NCBI GenBank assembly: GCA_029288895.1
Contig: JARIGK010000001.1
Location: 134,682-198,681 of the forward strand
DNA: 64,000 nucleotides
From: Candidatus Adlerbacteria bacterium
GTDB lineage: Bacteria > Patescibacteriota > Minisyncoccia > Phycocordibacterales > SBAW01
Direction: 5' to 3'
Position 1 is the stretch's first letter; every line of letters begins with the position of its first letter. The position numbers and the translations under genes were made by a program. Shown here in pieces: positions 22,346 through 32,039 of this stretch. A model generated the notes under the pieces. It was given only the letters and a program-made list of their open reading frames with translations, did no database searches and had not been told where the DNA came from.

Positions 22346-22376
22346 AAAAAGCCCCCAGACGGGGGCTTTTTGATTT
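22346..22376 (+). terminator. Intrinsic terminator
   Basis: AAAAAGCCCCC AGAC GGGGGCTTTTTGATTTT. Confidence 0.7.
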
Positions 22377-22439
22377 TGCTGTACATCCATTCGGCTCTGT
22401 GCTTTATTGAATTTAGAAGCAACAGGAAAGGAAAGAGAG

Positions 22440-23240
22440 ATGACACTTCCCATCGACCTCGTGTTTTTGAGGCACGGTCAGTCTGAGGGTAACCTCGCTA
22501 AGCGCCGCTCAGAAGCTGGCGAACACGGCGTATATGACGCCATACACGCGGGCCGACATACAAGGAGCTTCCGTCTCACGGCAGATGGTCGTCGACAGGC
22601 AATGATGGCAGGCGAGTGGTTGCGGAAGGAGTTCGGTTTCTTCGACCGCTATATGGTGTCCGACTATGCTCGGGCAATCGAGACCGCGGCGTTGCTCGAT
22701 TTTGAAGGTGCCTCGTGGCGCATCAACGACCTCCTGACGGAGCGGAGTTGGGGCGAACTCGATAGGTGCTCAGAACAAGAACGGGCACAGAAATTCGCCA
22801 GCGTGCTGGATATGCGCGATATTGAGCCCTTCTACTGGAGTCCTCCTAGCGGTGAATCGCTTCAATTGCTGCGAGTACGTCTCGACCGTGTCTTGGGAAC
22901 GCTACATCGAGAATGCAGCGATAAGAAGGTTATCCTTACCTGCCATGGTGAGGTGATGTGGACCTACCGGGTTATGCTCGAGCATATGCCGCAGGGGGAA
23001 TTCAGACGGTTGCATCTGTCGAAGAATCCTTTGGACAGACTCCACAACTGCGAAATCTTGCACTATACTCGCCGCAATCCTGCCACTAATGCTCTGTCGC
23101 CGCATGCCGACTGGGTGAGGAGGATCCGACCGTCTGATAATCCGATCTGGGTTTCTAACTGGAAGAAGATCGAGAGAAAGCAGTATACCAATGCAGAGCT
23201 GCTCGGCATTCTCGATCAGTATCCGGCAGTAGTGAGTTAG
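22440..23240 (+). CDS. Histidine phosphatase family protein (phosphoglycerate-mutase-like)
   Basis: RHG motif (LVFLRHGQSEGN). SD site AAGGAAAG upstream of the ATG at 22440. Confidence 0.65.
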   Translation: MTLPIDLVFLRHGQSEGNLAKRRSEAGEHGVYDAIHAGRHTRSFRLTADGRRQAMMAGEWLRKEFGFFDRYMVSDYARAIETAALLDFEGASWRINDLLTERSWGELDRCSEQERAQKFASVLDMRDIEPFYWSPPSGESLQLLRVRLDRVLGTLHRECSDKKVILTCHGEVMWTYRVMLEHMPQGEFRRLHLSKNPLDRLHNCEILHYTRRNPATNALSPHADWVRRIRPSDNPIWVSNWKKIERKQYTNAELLGILDQYPAVVS

Positions 23241-23248
23241 ATAACGTT

Positions 23249-23279
23249 AGGCCTGACAGCAATGTCGGGCCTTTTCTTT
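23249..23279. terminator. Bidirectional intrinsic terminator
   Basis: AGGCCTGACA GCAA TGTCGGGCCT followed by TTTCTTTTT. Confidence 0.55.
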
Positions 23280-24323
23280 TTATGCGTGCGTGTTGGGGTA
23301 TTCGCGGTGGACGTCGGCGATGTCTACGAGTAGTTCAGGCGGGAGGGTGATGTTGCCTCCTTCGATGTCGACGGCAAGCTGCTCGATGCTCGTGGCGCCA
23401 ATAATGGTCGATGTGGTAAATGGACGCGACGTAGCAAAGGCAATAGCCATTGCAGCTGGGTCGATGTTGTATTTCTTTGCCAAATCGACATAGCGCTGGA
23501 TAGCGGCTTGCGACTGCGGCGGGTTGTAGTGCGCATTGCGGTCGGTCAACGCCAAACGTGAGCCTGCTGGGCGGGCACCACCCAAGTATTTACCCGTCAG
23601 CGAGCCCATCGAAAGTGCCGAGTAGGGGAGCAGCCCAACATTTTCGCGCAAACACATTTCGGAAAGGCCGATTTCAAATTTGCGGGAAAGAAGGGAGTAC
23701 TGATTTTGAATAGTCGAGATTTTTGTCATTCCTTTTTCTCGCGCCAGGTTCAAGTACTCCATCACGCCCCACGGGCTTTCGTTCGAGACGCCGATGGCGC
23801 GCACTTTGCCTTCTTTTACCAGTTCGGTAAGCGCCGAAAGCGTCTCTTCTATTGGTGCGCCGTCTTGAGAGGTGTCCACATCTTCGACACCATAGCGGCC
23901 CCAGACGTTGGTCTGGCGGTCGGGCCCATGTACTTGGTAGAGGTCGAGATAGTCGGTTTGGAGACGCTCAAGCGAGCCATTAATAGCTTCGCGGATGCGT
24001 TCGCGCGTAAGCGTGCCTCCTTCGCGGGTACCCATCGAACCTTTCTGCAGCATGCACGAGACCTTGCTTGCGATAATCAAATCCTTTCGTTTGCCGCTTT
24101 TTGCCAACCATGTACCAAGATAGCGTTCCGTTGTGCCTTGTTTAGAACGGTCGGGCGGAATAGGGTAAATTTCTGCTGTATCAATAAAATTGATACCGTG
24201 CGATGTGGCGTAGTCGAGCTGCTCGTGTGCATCGCTTTCGGTATTTTGTTGGCCCCAGTTCATGGTGCCTAAGCAAATTGAAGATACCGACATCTCTGTG
24301 CCGGGAAGTTTTCTGTAATCCAT
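23280..24323 (-). CDS. Aldo/keto reductase (Tas-like NADP-dependent oxidoreductase)
   Basis: AKR TIM-barrel with ICLGTMNWG, IDTAEIY, and the catalytic Tyr/Lys region; 347 aa. Confidence 0.85.
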   Translation of the reverse strand: MDYRKLPGTEMSVSSICLGTMNWGQQNTESDAHEQLDYATSHGINFIDTAEIYPIPPDRSKQGTTERYLGTWLAKSGKRKDLIIASKVSCMLQKGSMGTREGGTLTRERIREAINGSLERLQTDYLDLYQVHGPDRQTNVWGRYGVEDVDTSQDGAPIEETLSALTELVKEGKVRAIGVSNESPWGVMEYLNLAREKGMTKISTIQNQYSLLSRKFEIGLSEMCLRENVGLLPYSALSMGSLTGKYLGGARPAGSRLALTDRNAHYNPPQSQAAIQRYVDLAKKYNIDPAAMAIAFATSRPFTTSTIIGATSIEQLAVDIEGGNITLPPELLVDIADVHREYPNTHA

Positions 24324-24344
24324 AAGGACCTAGTATAGCAAACA

Positions 24345-24566
24345 CTACCCGCGCGACATGTAGTGCGAAGCGTCTTCTTTTTTTAGGTCGTCTTCTTCAA
24401 GTTTTATGACCTCTTGTTGTTCCTGTTCTAATTCTTCGGGGCTCTCGTGCTCGATCTCTTCTTTTTCTTCATCGGCTATTGCTAACGCGCCAGACGACCA
24501 AAAAAAGAGGCCCAAAAAGAGGAGCAGGACTGCAACCACTATGCCTCCTAGTGTTATCCATACCAT
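24345..24566 (-). CDS. Small membrane protein with an acidic C-terminal tail, hypothetical
   Basis: 73 aa with one TM helix followed by an E/D-rich tail. Confidence 0.35.
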   Translation of the reverse strand: MVWITLGGIVVAVLLLFLGLFFWSSGALAIADEEKEEIEHESPEELEQEQQEVIKLEEDDLKKEDASHYMSRG

Positions 24567-24592
24567 GATGCCTTCATTATAGCATTTCTCTG

Positions 24593-25588
24593 CTATTTGC
24601 CCTGCCCGAAGTACTTCTTTAAAAGGGCTACGTGGCCCTCGTAGGTGTCGCTGCAGTGGAAATTCCCGCGAGAATCATGGAAGTAGTAGAGACAGGTGGT
24701 CTTTTTTGGGTTCAGTGCCGCAAGCACAGCAGCAACCGATGGCTCGGCAATAGGGGCAGGCGGGAGGCCGTCATTTTGGTAGGTGTTGTACGGCGAGTCG
24801 ATATATTTATCTTTTGGCACGACCTGCGGCCACCATACACCCGAGTGGCCCGTTGCTTTTGCATACTGCAAGGTCGAGTCCATCTGCAACTTCATTCCAG
24901 AAAATATACGGTTCCAAATAATGCCGGAGATAATGCGCATTTCGTCGGGGTCGGACGTCTCGCGTTCCAAAATCGATGCGATGGTAAGACCTTCGTCGAG
25001 CGGCACAACTTTTTGTATTGCGGGCGTGTAGCGCGAAAGGATCACATCATTAAAACGCTGGCGCACATTTGTTTGCACTTCAAGCACTGACGTGCCATCG
25101 GCAATACTGTAGTCGCCCGGAGGCACCGTGCCGTCGTTTAAGTCTTGGTTTGAAACAGGCGGCAGGTCGGTAAACATCTTTTCGGTATTAGTGTTCCAGT
25201 TGAGAGCGTCGCCAAATGCCGCAGCAACTTGTTCTTTGCGCCAGCCCGGTTGGATAGTAACGACATCAGGCACGGCGCCCGTGACAGCGGCCATTTGGTA
25301 GAGGTGCGTGCCGCTGATCACGCGCGCTAGTGCGGCAAAGAAACCGCCGGCACCTTGTGCTGCGGCTTGGAGCGGCCCCGCTTGGCCATGGAAGTAGTTA
25401 TCCGCCGCGGGCTTTTCGATTATTTTTTTATTTTGCGGGTCGACGCCAATGGGGAATGGCTCGCGTGCGCCCGCGCCTTGCTGCCAGACAGTGATGCTTG
25501 GCAATACAAAAAAGAGCAGCGACAAGAGGGCGCACAGCATGATAAATGCGTAGAGCAACTTCAAACGTCTGTCACGCTTTCGGCGCAT
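24593..25588 (-). CDS. mltG: Endolytic murein transglycosylase (YceG/MltG family)
   Basis: N-terminal TM anchor. YceG-like motifs LQMDSTLQYA and SPYNTYQNDGLPPAPIAEP. Confidence 0.8.
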   Translation of the reverse strand: MRRKRDRRLKLLYAFIMLCALLSLLFFVLPSITVWQQGAGAREPFPIGVDPQNKKIIEKPAADNYFHGQAGPLQAAAQGAGGFFAALARVISGTHLYQMAAVTGAVPDVVTIQPGWRKEQVAAAFGDALNWNTNTEKMFTDLPPVSNQDLNDGTVPPGDYSIADGTSVLEVQTNVRQRFNDVILSRYTPAIQKVVPLDEGLTIASILERETSDPDEMRIISGIIWNRIFSGMKLQMDSTLQYAKATGHSGVWWPQVVPKDKYIDSPYNTYQNDGLPPAPIAEPSVAAVLAALNPKKTTCLYYFHDSRGNFHCSDTYEGHVALLKKYFGQGK

Positions 25589-25595
25589 GGTGTGT

Positions 25596-26297
25596 TTATT
25601 CTACCTCAAGAATCAGCGGCAAATGGTCAGAAATCTCGATAGTTGGGACAGTAAACTCTTTCACCTGTACATCTCCTTTGATAAAAATATAGTCGCTGTG
25701 ATAGAGCTCGTTGCCCGGGTGTTGTTCCCATGCATAGCGATTCCGTGTTGTTGCTATACCGAACTCGCGTATCACATCTCGATAGCCTGCAGCGCGAAGT
25801 AGCTCTAAGCTTTTAGTATCAGGCAACATATTAAAATCGCCACCGATAATTTTGACGCCGTCTTTTTGCTCCATATATTCGAGGAACGCGCGGGACTGCT
25901 CCATGCGTTGCTCTGTGTCGAGTTTGCCGGGCCACGGGAAGCCGTGCACGTTCAGTATATGGATGTCTTTGGTGCCCAGTGTGTGGTGCGTATAGAGTCC
26001 GACGCCGGTGCCGGTGCCCGCATCTGCCAGCACTGCGTTGTGCGCGCGTACGGGACATGAGGCTGCGGCATAGGTTGCTTGCTCGATGACGTGGACGGCG
26101 TTGTTGGATGGTTTAAGGATGTCTTTTCTGAGAAATGCCTCTGTGTGGTGGGGTAGAGTGCGGGTGCATATCTCACGCACCGTATGTGACGCTTCTTCTA
26201 AACACCAGATGTCGGTGCTGCTCGCGTGTTCTCTAAAGAATGCTTCGAGCGGTTCTTTGAGGGTGCCCAACCAGGCGTTTAAAAATATGATCTTCAT
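25596..26297 (-). CDS. Endonuclease/exonuclease/phosphatase (EEP) family protein
   Basis: Starts MKIIFLNAWLG; internal GGDFN and C-terminal SDHLPL motifs. The ORF-track N-terminal extension is discarded. Confidence 0.6.
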   Translation of the reverse strand: MKIIFLNAWLGTLKEPLEAFFREHASSTDIWCLEEASHTVREICTRTLPHHTEAFLRKDILKPSNNAVHVIEQATYAAASCPVRAHNAVLADAGTGTGVGLYTHHTLGTKDIHILNVHGFPWPGKLDTEQRMEQSRAFLEYMEQKDGVKIIGGDFNMLPDTKSLELLRAAGYRDVIREFGIATTRNRYAWEQHPGNELYHSDYIFIKGDVQVKEFTVPTIEISDHLPLILEVE

Positions 26298-26334
26298 AGA
26301 AAATATGCGGGATATACTAGTATACATACATAGA

Positions 26335-26718
26335 ATGAGTAGGAAATTTTTGAAACGCCGCAGCACATGGCGCGGAACATATATCGACCTCTGGAGCGTG
26401 CCGCACGTCATTTCAGGCGTCGTGCTTGGGTACCTCGCCTACTTCTCGTCACTTTCATTTTGGAATGGGTTCTGGATAGCGCTGTCTGTAGGCATCGGGT
26501 GGGAATTATTCGAGCGCATTACGCGGCTGTCGCGCACAGAAGCCTACACTAACTCGCTTGGCGATATTGTCTGTGCACAAGCGGGGTTTGTTGCTGCATT
26601 TCTCCTACTTCAAAAATTTAATAACCCGGCGACAGAAAAGTTCGTCGTCATCGCGCTGTGTATCATCTTCGGCATCTTGTGCCTCCTCGGCTTCCGCGCT
26701 TTTAAATATTACGGATAA
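26335..26718 (+). CDS. Hypothetical membrane protein
   Basis: 127 aa with three or four TM helices, transcribed divergently from the EEP gene. Confidence 0.4.
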   Translation: MSRKFLKRRSTWRGTYIDLWSVPHVISGVVLGYLAYFSSLSFWNGFWIALSVGIGWELFERITRLSRTEAYTNSLGDIVCAQAGFVAAFLLLQKFNNPATEKFVVIALCIIFGILCLLGFRAFKYYG

Positions 26719-26744
26719 AGAAAAAGGCCGCCCGTAGGCAGCCA

Positions 26745-27185
26745 TTATTTATCAGGATCGTACCGCCCAAGTATTTCCGGTGTGACATAGACCACCATGG
26801 AAACGAGCTTTGGCGGACCTTCCTTGAGGTTGAACTTCTTTTCGACCACAGGCTCGTCAAGATCGTCCTCGCACTGCACGATCTTGAGCTTGTACGTCAC
26901 GTGGGTGACTATGTGGGAAAGGCTCTTTTCGAGCTTGTCCAGGTTCGCTCGCTGTTGTGCGGTGAGGCTTGTGACCTCAACGTTGGGAGCATTCTCCCAA
27001 TTCTTGCAGACGACAGGGTCGAGCGACGCAGGCCGCTGTTGCGCGTGAGATTTTCGCGGGTTGAGTACCGCGGCGACCGCACACACAACAAGGAGGAGGA
27101 TGGCAAAGATCAGCCATCTCCGCCAGCCGCCAGGTACCCTCAGATTTTCGTCCGGAGACCCTTCAAGGGTTTGCCGATCGTACAT
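26745..27185 (-). CDS. Hypothetical membrane-anchored protein
   Basis: 146 aa with one N-terminal TM helix. Confidence 0.35.
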   Translation of the reverse strand: MYDRQTLEGSPDENLRVPGGWRRWLIFAILLLVVCAVAAVLNPRKSHAQQRPASLDPVVCKNWENAPNVEVTSLTAQQRANLDKLEKSLSHIVTHVTYKLKIVQCEDDLDEPVVEKKFNLKEGPPKLVSMVVYVTPEILGRYDPDK

Positions 27186-27254
27186 AATGAACTTCTCCCA
27201 TTTCTATTGGAGTGATACTAAAAACACCATACGCTCAAAATGAGCGATGTCAAA

Positions 27255-28244
27255 TCACAGGATGGGTTCGTGGCCGTGTTTTTTGAGGAAGTAGCCTTCA
27301 AGAGAGAAGCGGTCGTAGCCGTAGCAGATGAAGGAAAGCGGGATGCCGATCAAGATAAGATGCGGCCAGACAACTTCGCCAAAATAGACAAGCGACAGCG
27401 AAAGCCAAAACAAGAGGAAGATCGAGGTCCAGCGGATTTCAATGCCAAAGATAAAGAAGAGGCCGATGAGGATTTCGATAAGTGCGGCGCCCAAGACAAG
27501 GAAGTGCGGTTCAAACCCTAGGTAGTGGGCAATGGGGTACGGGTGCCCCGCAAGCGGCAACGACGCCACCTGCAGCGCCAAATCGTTATGCAAAATTTTT
27601 GCATAGTACGAGGCATAGATAAGCGCCGTGCCAAAACATACGCGCGCCACAAGGAAGCCGTACGGTGCCCATTTTTTGCGGAACAAAAATGCCAACGCCA
27701 GCGCCTCGCCCAGGTAGTTGGTATAGGTCAGCATGTACGCACCGTGTTTGAGGACTTCGGTAAAGAAGAGAACCAATAATGCGAGCGCTGCGAGCTCTGC
27801 ATAAAAATTAAAGATAAAGCAGACGCCAATAATGACGAGCAACACGCGCACGGCGTTGGTGAGCAGCCCAAACGTGCCTTCGATGGGGAGTTCTGGTCCA
27901 AAGAGCGAGCCGAAATAGGAAGCACCTAAAAGCGAGACGCCAACTGTGATGCGGCTTATGGTTGGTGCATAGGGCGGGAGTTTTTTGAACAAGCCTCCGA
28001 GATTTTCTTCTACGATGTGCCAGAAGGATGTAAAGAAAATGGTAGTGACAACAATAACCACGACAAGCGCCCAAAACATAAATTGGTGCATATTGCTCGT
28101 AGCAACCTGCAATTCAGAAAATGGCGCTGCAGTAAGGCCTGTTTGTATTTGCTCGGGTGAAAGTACGTACACCTCGTGTGCCGAGGCGAGCGCGGGGAAA
28201 AGGGCGCCGAGCGCCGCTGTACATATATAGATGAGCTTCCGCAT
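27255..28244 (-). CDS. Polytopic membrane protein, hypothetical (co-transcribed with the RR-HK pair)
   Basis: Signal peptide plus about nine TM helices. Lies 13 bp downstream of the hybrid HK stop. Confidence 0.45.
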   Translation of the reverse strand: MRKLIYICTAALGALFPALASAHEVYVLSPEQIQTGLTAAPFSELQVATSNMHQFMFWALVVVIVVTTIFFTSFWHIVEENLGGLFKKLPPYAPTISRITVGVSLLGASYFGSLFGPELPIEGTFGLLTNAVRVLLVIIGVCFIFNFYAELAALALLVLFFTEVLKHGAYMLTYTNYLGEALALAFLFRKKWAPYGFLVARVCFGTALIYASYYAKILHNDLALQVASLPLAGHPYPIAHYLGFEPHFLVLGAALIEILIGLFFIFGIEIRWTSIFLLFWLSLSLVYFGEVVWPHLILIGIPLSFICYGYDRFSLEGYFLKKHGHEPIL

Positions 28245-28256
28245 ACGCGGATTGTA

Positions 28257-30326
28257 TCACCCTTCGACCGAGGCGGCGGCTGTGGAGGAGAGTGCTTTTT
28301 TGAATGCCTTCTCTAATTCTTTGAGGCCCACGGGTTTGGTGAGATGATAGTGGAAACCTGCTTCGTGCGCTTTTTCTTTATCTTCTGTTTGGCCGTAGCC
28401 GGTAAGAGCGATAAGCGCTGCGTTTGTTGCGTTGTCTTGTTTCAAGCGGCGCACTACTTCGTAGCCGTCGATGTCGGGCAAGCCAATGTCGAGCACAAGG
28501 ATGTCATGGTCGGCCATACGTGCCGCTTCGAGCGCGGCCAACCCCGAGTAGGCCACGTGTACTTCATGACCGCGCAACTCAAGCAGCCTCTTCAGTGCAT
28601 GCGCTGCTGCCTCGTTGTCGTCAACAACTAAGATGCTGCGTTTATTGCGCACTGCACGCAAGGTACGATTTCCTGTGCCCGTGAGTATAGGTTTTTTTGC
28701 GGGCTTCTCGACGCGACCGCGGATAAGCGGCAGGCGCACGGTAAATTCCGACCCTTTTCCTTCGCCCTCGCTTTTCACTTCAATCGTGCCGCCGTGCATC
28801 TCGACCAGCTGGCGGGTGAGCGGTAGGCCGACGCCCAAGCCCTCTGTCGGTAATTTGCCGCGTTGCACCTGGAAGAAGGGTTCGAAGATGCGCTTTTGCA
28901 TCGTGCGCGAAATACCAATACCGTTATCGCGGAGCGTAAGCACAGCCATGTTTTTATCGTCGCGAAGCGAAAGTTCGATCGTGCCGCCAGGGTTTGTATA
29001 CTTCGCTGCATTGTTTAACAGATTGACGAGTATTTGTTCGACGCGGATAGGGTCAGCTTCCATATAGAGCGGCTCTTCTGGTTTGTGTACATGCAAACGG
29101 TGGCCGCGGCTTTGGAGAAGCGGTTTGGTCGACTCAACAGAGCGGTCGACGATATCTTCGACAAAGACCACTTCTTTGCGCAGCGCCAACTTATTGCGCG
29201 AGATGCGCGATATGTCGAGTACGTCATCGAGCATGCCGCGCATCGCGTTGACGTGCTGGCCGATGGTATTAACGAGTAAGGCCGACTCGCTGTGCTCGTG
29301 GCTTTCCAAGCGCAGGAGCTCTGCAGATGAGAGAATGGCTGCCAAAGGGTTCCGTAGTTCGTGCGCCAGCATCGCAAGGAAATTTTTCTTTGCTTCGTCT
29401 TCGGAGCTAATTTTACTGAGCGTTGTCTCAAGTTCTGTCACGTGGCGTGCGAGTTCTTGTTGTGCATGTTTGCGCTCTTCGACGATTGCCGTAAAGGTCA
29501 AAAATACCGTGCCCATCGTTGCGCTAAAGATCGCAAGCTGGAAGAGCGAGCCATTGGCAAAGGGGCCGTGGCCAAGCAATGTACCGCACAGCGCAACAAG
29601 CGCGGCAAGTGCAATAGAGAGACTCATGCCGCGCGGGCCCGTGCGCAGCGCCACCCACGTCAGCGGGATAAACACGTAGTAGGTAAAGTATGAGCTTTGC
29701 GGCAGCCAAAAAATAAACAGCGACGTGGCAAAGACGAGCAGGGTAAGCAGCGTAAGTTCGATGTATTGGCCGGCCGTACGCTCAAATCGCGGGCGAGAGA
29801 ACCACTTCAACAAGAGCGGTGCCAAAATAAGGATGCCCAATGCGTCGCCCGCCCACCACGCACCCCACATAGAGGGCAGCTCGGTGATGCGTCGTGCGCC
29901 GCTGGCCCACAGGCTTGCGATGCCAATGCTTGCACTCAAGAGCGGTGCAATAAACGCGGTTGCAATAATGCCGATGTTGTCACGCAGCCGAAGTAAAGAG
30001 GGTTGGAAGCCCACGTAGTAGTTTAAAAAATACGCGCCAGCGAGTGCCTCAAGTGCGTTACCTGCGCCTATCATCAGCGCGGCGAATATCGTTGCGCCGT
30101 CAGACAGGTTGACGAGTGCGGCGCCAATAAAGACTGCAGGCCAGAGCCGGTACCCCCACAGGAGAAGTGCTGCAAGTGCCACGGCGCTTGCCGGCCACAC
30201 AAACGTCGCGAAGGTGCCGACGGGTTCAATGCTTAATCCGAGACGCCCCGCCAGGAAGTAGACAAGTGTGAGAAGAATGTAGGGTTCGTATCGAAAGAAG
30301 AGGGTGATAAGGGCTCTTCTATTCAT
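28257..30326 (-). CDS. Hybrid sensor histidine kinase/response regulator (membrane sensor - HisKA - HATPase_c - REC)
   Basis: About 300 aa of multi-TM sensor domain (MASE1-like). H-box LAHELRNPL, the N/G1/G2 ATP-lid boxes, and a C-terminal receiver (LVVDDNEAAAH...DIGLPDIDG). Confidence 0.85.
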   Translation of the reverse strand: MNRRALITLFFRYEPYILLTLVYFLAGRLGLSIEPVGTFATFVWPASAVALAALLLWGYRLWPAVFIGAALVNLSDGATIFAALMIGAGNALEALAGAYFLNYYVGFQPSLLRLRDNIGIIATAFIAPLLSASIGIASLWASGARRITELPSMWGAWWAGDALGILILAPLLLKWFSRPRFERTAGQYIELTLLTLLVFATSLFIFWLPQSSYFTYYVFIPLTWVALRTGPRGMSLSIALAALVALCGTLLGHGPFANGSLFQLAIFSATMGTVFLTFTAIVEERKHAQQELARHVTELETTLSKISSEDEAKKNFLAMLAHELRNPLAAILSSAELLRLESHEHSESALLVNTIGQHVNAMRGMLDDVLDISRISRNKLALRKEVVFVEDIVDRSVESTKPLLQSRGHRLHVHKPEEPLYMEADPIRVEQILVNLLNNAAKYTNPGGTIELSLRDDKNMAVLTLRDNGIGISRTMQKRIFEPFFQVQRGKLPTEGLGVGLPLTRQLVEMHGGTIEVKSEGEGKGSEFTVRLPLIRGRVEKPAKKPILTGTGNRTLRAVRNKRSILVVDDNEAAAHALKRLLELRGHEVHVAYSGLAALEAARMADHDILVLDIGLPDIDGYEVVRRLKQDNATNAALIALTGYGQTEDKEKAHEAGFHYHLTKPVGLKELEKAFKKALSSTAAASVEG

Positions 30327-30332
30327 GCGCTG

Positions 30333-31007
30333 TTATGCGACAAATCGGTATCCGACGCCGCGCACTGTTTCAAAGCGGGGCGACATTTCTGTGCGTTCGA
30401 GTTTTTTGCGCAAGTTTTTCATGTGGACGTCGAGCACGTTGCTCCACGTCATAGAGTTAAAGTCCCACACATGGCTCGAGAGTTCTTCGCGGGTAAATAC
30501 TTCGCCTGGGCGGCGCAAGAAACATTCAAGTAGTGCGTATTCTTTCAGCGTAAGAGAAATTTCTTCACCATCGACATAGACTTTGTGCGTTGCAGTGTCG
30601 ATGGTAATGTCGCCGACCGTATGCACGACGGTGGGCATGGTTTGCGGGCGGCGGGAGACTGATGCGATGCGGGCAATAAGTTCTTCGTGTGAAAAGGGTT
30701 TGACGACGTAGTCATCGGCACCAGCGTTCAGGAGCTCCACTTTGGTAGTGGTGTCGGACGAGCCAGTCAAAATAATGATAGGGGTCTTGATCTCCGCTTC
30801 GCGGATTTTTTTGGTCAACGCCAGGCCGCCCATGCCAGGGAGCCCCAAGTCCATAATCATCACGCCGTAGTCGGTGTGGTAGAGCTGGGCGCGGGTAAAA
30901 GCTTTGTCGCCGTCATCGACCCAGTCCACTGCAAAACCCTTTAATTCTAATATCTTGGTAAGGTTAGCCCCGAGCTGCTGCTCGTCTTCGACAAGTAGTA
31001 ATCTCAT
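30333..31007 (-). CDS. OmpR-family response regulator (REC + winged-helix)
   Basis: MRLLLVEDEQQL...DLGLPGMGG receiver, and a C-terminal trans_reg_C (ETVRGVGYRF). Confidence 0.9.
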   Translation of the reverse strand: MRLLLVEDEQQLGANLTKILELKGFAVDWVDDGDKAFTRAQLYHTDYGVMIMDLGLPGMGGLALTKKIREAEIKTPIIILTGSSDTTTKVELLNAGADDYVVKPFSHEELIARIASVSRRPQTMPTVVHTVGDITIDTATHKVYVDGEEISLTLKEYALLECFLRRPGEVFTREELSSHVWDFNSMTWSNVLDVHMKNLRKKLERTEMSPRFETVRGVGYRFVA

Positions 31008-31016
31008 ATATACAGC

Positions 31017-31163
31017 CTACTCTATAGAGGTCTCCATGAACATATCATGAAGAAAGTATTTTTCGGTAGCCTGTAAGGCTTCTTCGCGGTTTTTGCACTC
31101 ACGGCAAAAGCGGGCGAATACCTCGTCCGCTTCACGCTCAAATCGTGCCAGATATGGTTCCAT
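31017..31163 (-). CDS. Small CxxC protein (48 aa), hypothetical
   Basis: MEPYLARFEREADEVFARFCRECKNREEALQATEKYFLHDMFMETSIE. Its ATG overlaps the 3' end of the upstream 64-aa gene and it ends 10 bp before the RR start. Confidence 0.3.
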   Translation of the reverse strand: MEPYLARFEREADEVFARFCRECKNREEALQATEKYFLHDMFMETSIE

Positions 31164-31332
31164 ACAAGTTGTTTGGCACTACCTTGTACATGCGCATGAT
31201 GCGCTCTGCCATGCGCGGGTGGGTGCGCTTGACGTGGTTCCACATCTTGATCTTATTCATAAGTGGCTTGGCTTCGGAGCCCAGCTCCTTGTACCCGCAC
31301 TCGCTGCAAATAAGTGTGACGTTCATAGACAC
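31138..31332 (-). CDS. Small CxxC protein (64 aa), hypothetical
   Basis: MSMNVTLICSECGYKELGSEAKPLMNKIKMWNHVKRTHPRMAERIM...; same orientation as the downstream RR-HK operon. Confidence 0.35.
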   Translation of the reverse strand: MSMNVTLICSECGYKELGSEAKPLMNKIKMWNHVKRTHPRMAERIMRMYKVVPNNLYGTISGTI

Positions 31333-31357
31333 ACAGTATAGAAGGGGGCGGGTGATA

Positions 31358-31564
31358 TTAAAGTGAAGACCTAACGTCGTCGACGCGTTGCTTCAAAAGC
31401 TGCTCCATGTCGGTAATAGCTTTGGTGATTTCTTTTGCAGTGTCATGCGCTTCGCCGCTTTTGCCTTCGAGTAAGAGCTCCAATAATTGCGCTTGGCTGT
31501 AGAGCACCGACAGCGCATTGCGCAGGTCGTGGTTGAGCTTTGAAATCTTTTCTGGCAATTCCAT
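31358..31564 (-). CDS. Stand-alone DHp/HisKA-like mini-protein (69 aa) with an H-box
   Basis: MELPEKISKLNHDLRNALSVLYSQAQLLELLLEG...; NHDLRNAL matches the HisKA H-box. TATACT lies about 12 nt upstream of the ATG. The upstream part of the track ORF looks non-coding. Confidence 0.35.
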   Translation of the reverse strand: MELPEKISKLNHDLRNALSVLYSQAQLLELLLEGKSGEAHDTAKEITKAITDMEQLLKQRVDDVRSSL

Positions 31565-31625
31565 CGTGTGTGCAGTATAGCAAAACGAAAGACGGCGACC
31601 AGTGTAGTACTGGCCGCCGTTGTTT

Positions 31626-31961
31626 TCACAGCAGCATGAGCTGCCGAACTTTTTTGTATTCCTCCAAAGGTCTGAGGTTGCTGCGTTGCGCATCGTATTG
31701 GACCCAGTGCCGCTGTTCGGGCGTGGCTTGCATGACCCACGCTGCAATCTCACACATTTGATCGTATTGTTTTTTCGGTATCCAGTCGCGGCCAGCTTTT
31801 GCCACCACTGGTAATGCATGAGTCTTGCGGGCGAAGGTTCTAAAGCTCTTCACCAGTACGAAGTAGTGTTCATGTCCTCCGAAGAGGAATGAGCACGTCG
31901 TGTCCGTTGGGGGATTGGTCTTCCAGCAGAGATCAGCTGCTGTGATGTTTGCCAAGGGCAT
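31626..31961 (-). CDS. Hypothetical protein
   Basis: 112 aa from the internal ATG (MPLANITAADLCW...). Confidence 0.3.
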   Translation of the reverse strand: MPLANITAADLCWKTNPPTDTTCSFLFGGHEHYFVLVKSFRTFARKTHALPVVAKAGRDWIPKKQYDQMCEIAAWVMQATPEQRHWVQYDAQRSNLRPLEEYKKVRQLMLL

Positions 31962-32039
31962 GCGTACGCTCCATTTTTGGTTAGAGAATACTTGAACTCT
32001 AGTAATTATTATCCTAAAGTTTGAATGAAATGTCAATGA

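Noticed and set aside
31022-31243. A 73-aa ORF overlapping the two small CxxC genes in a third frame.
   Set aside because: Its translation is compositionally odd (His/Ala/Pro runs) and has no start context. The two other frames give CxxC micro-proteins with sensible overlap coupling.
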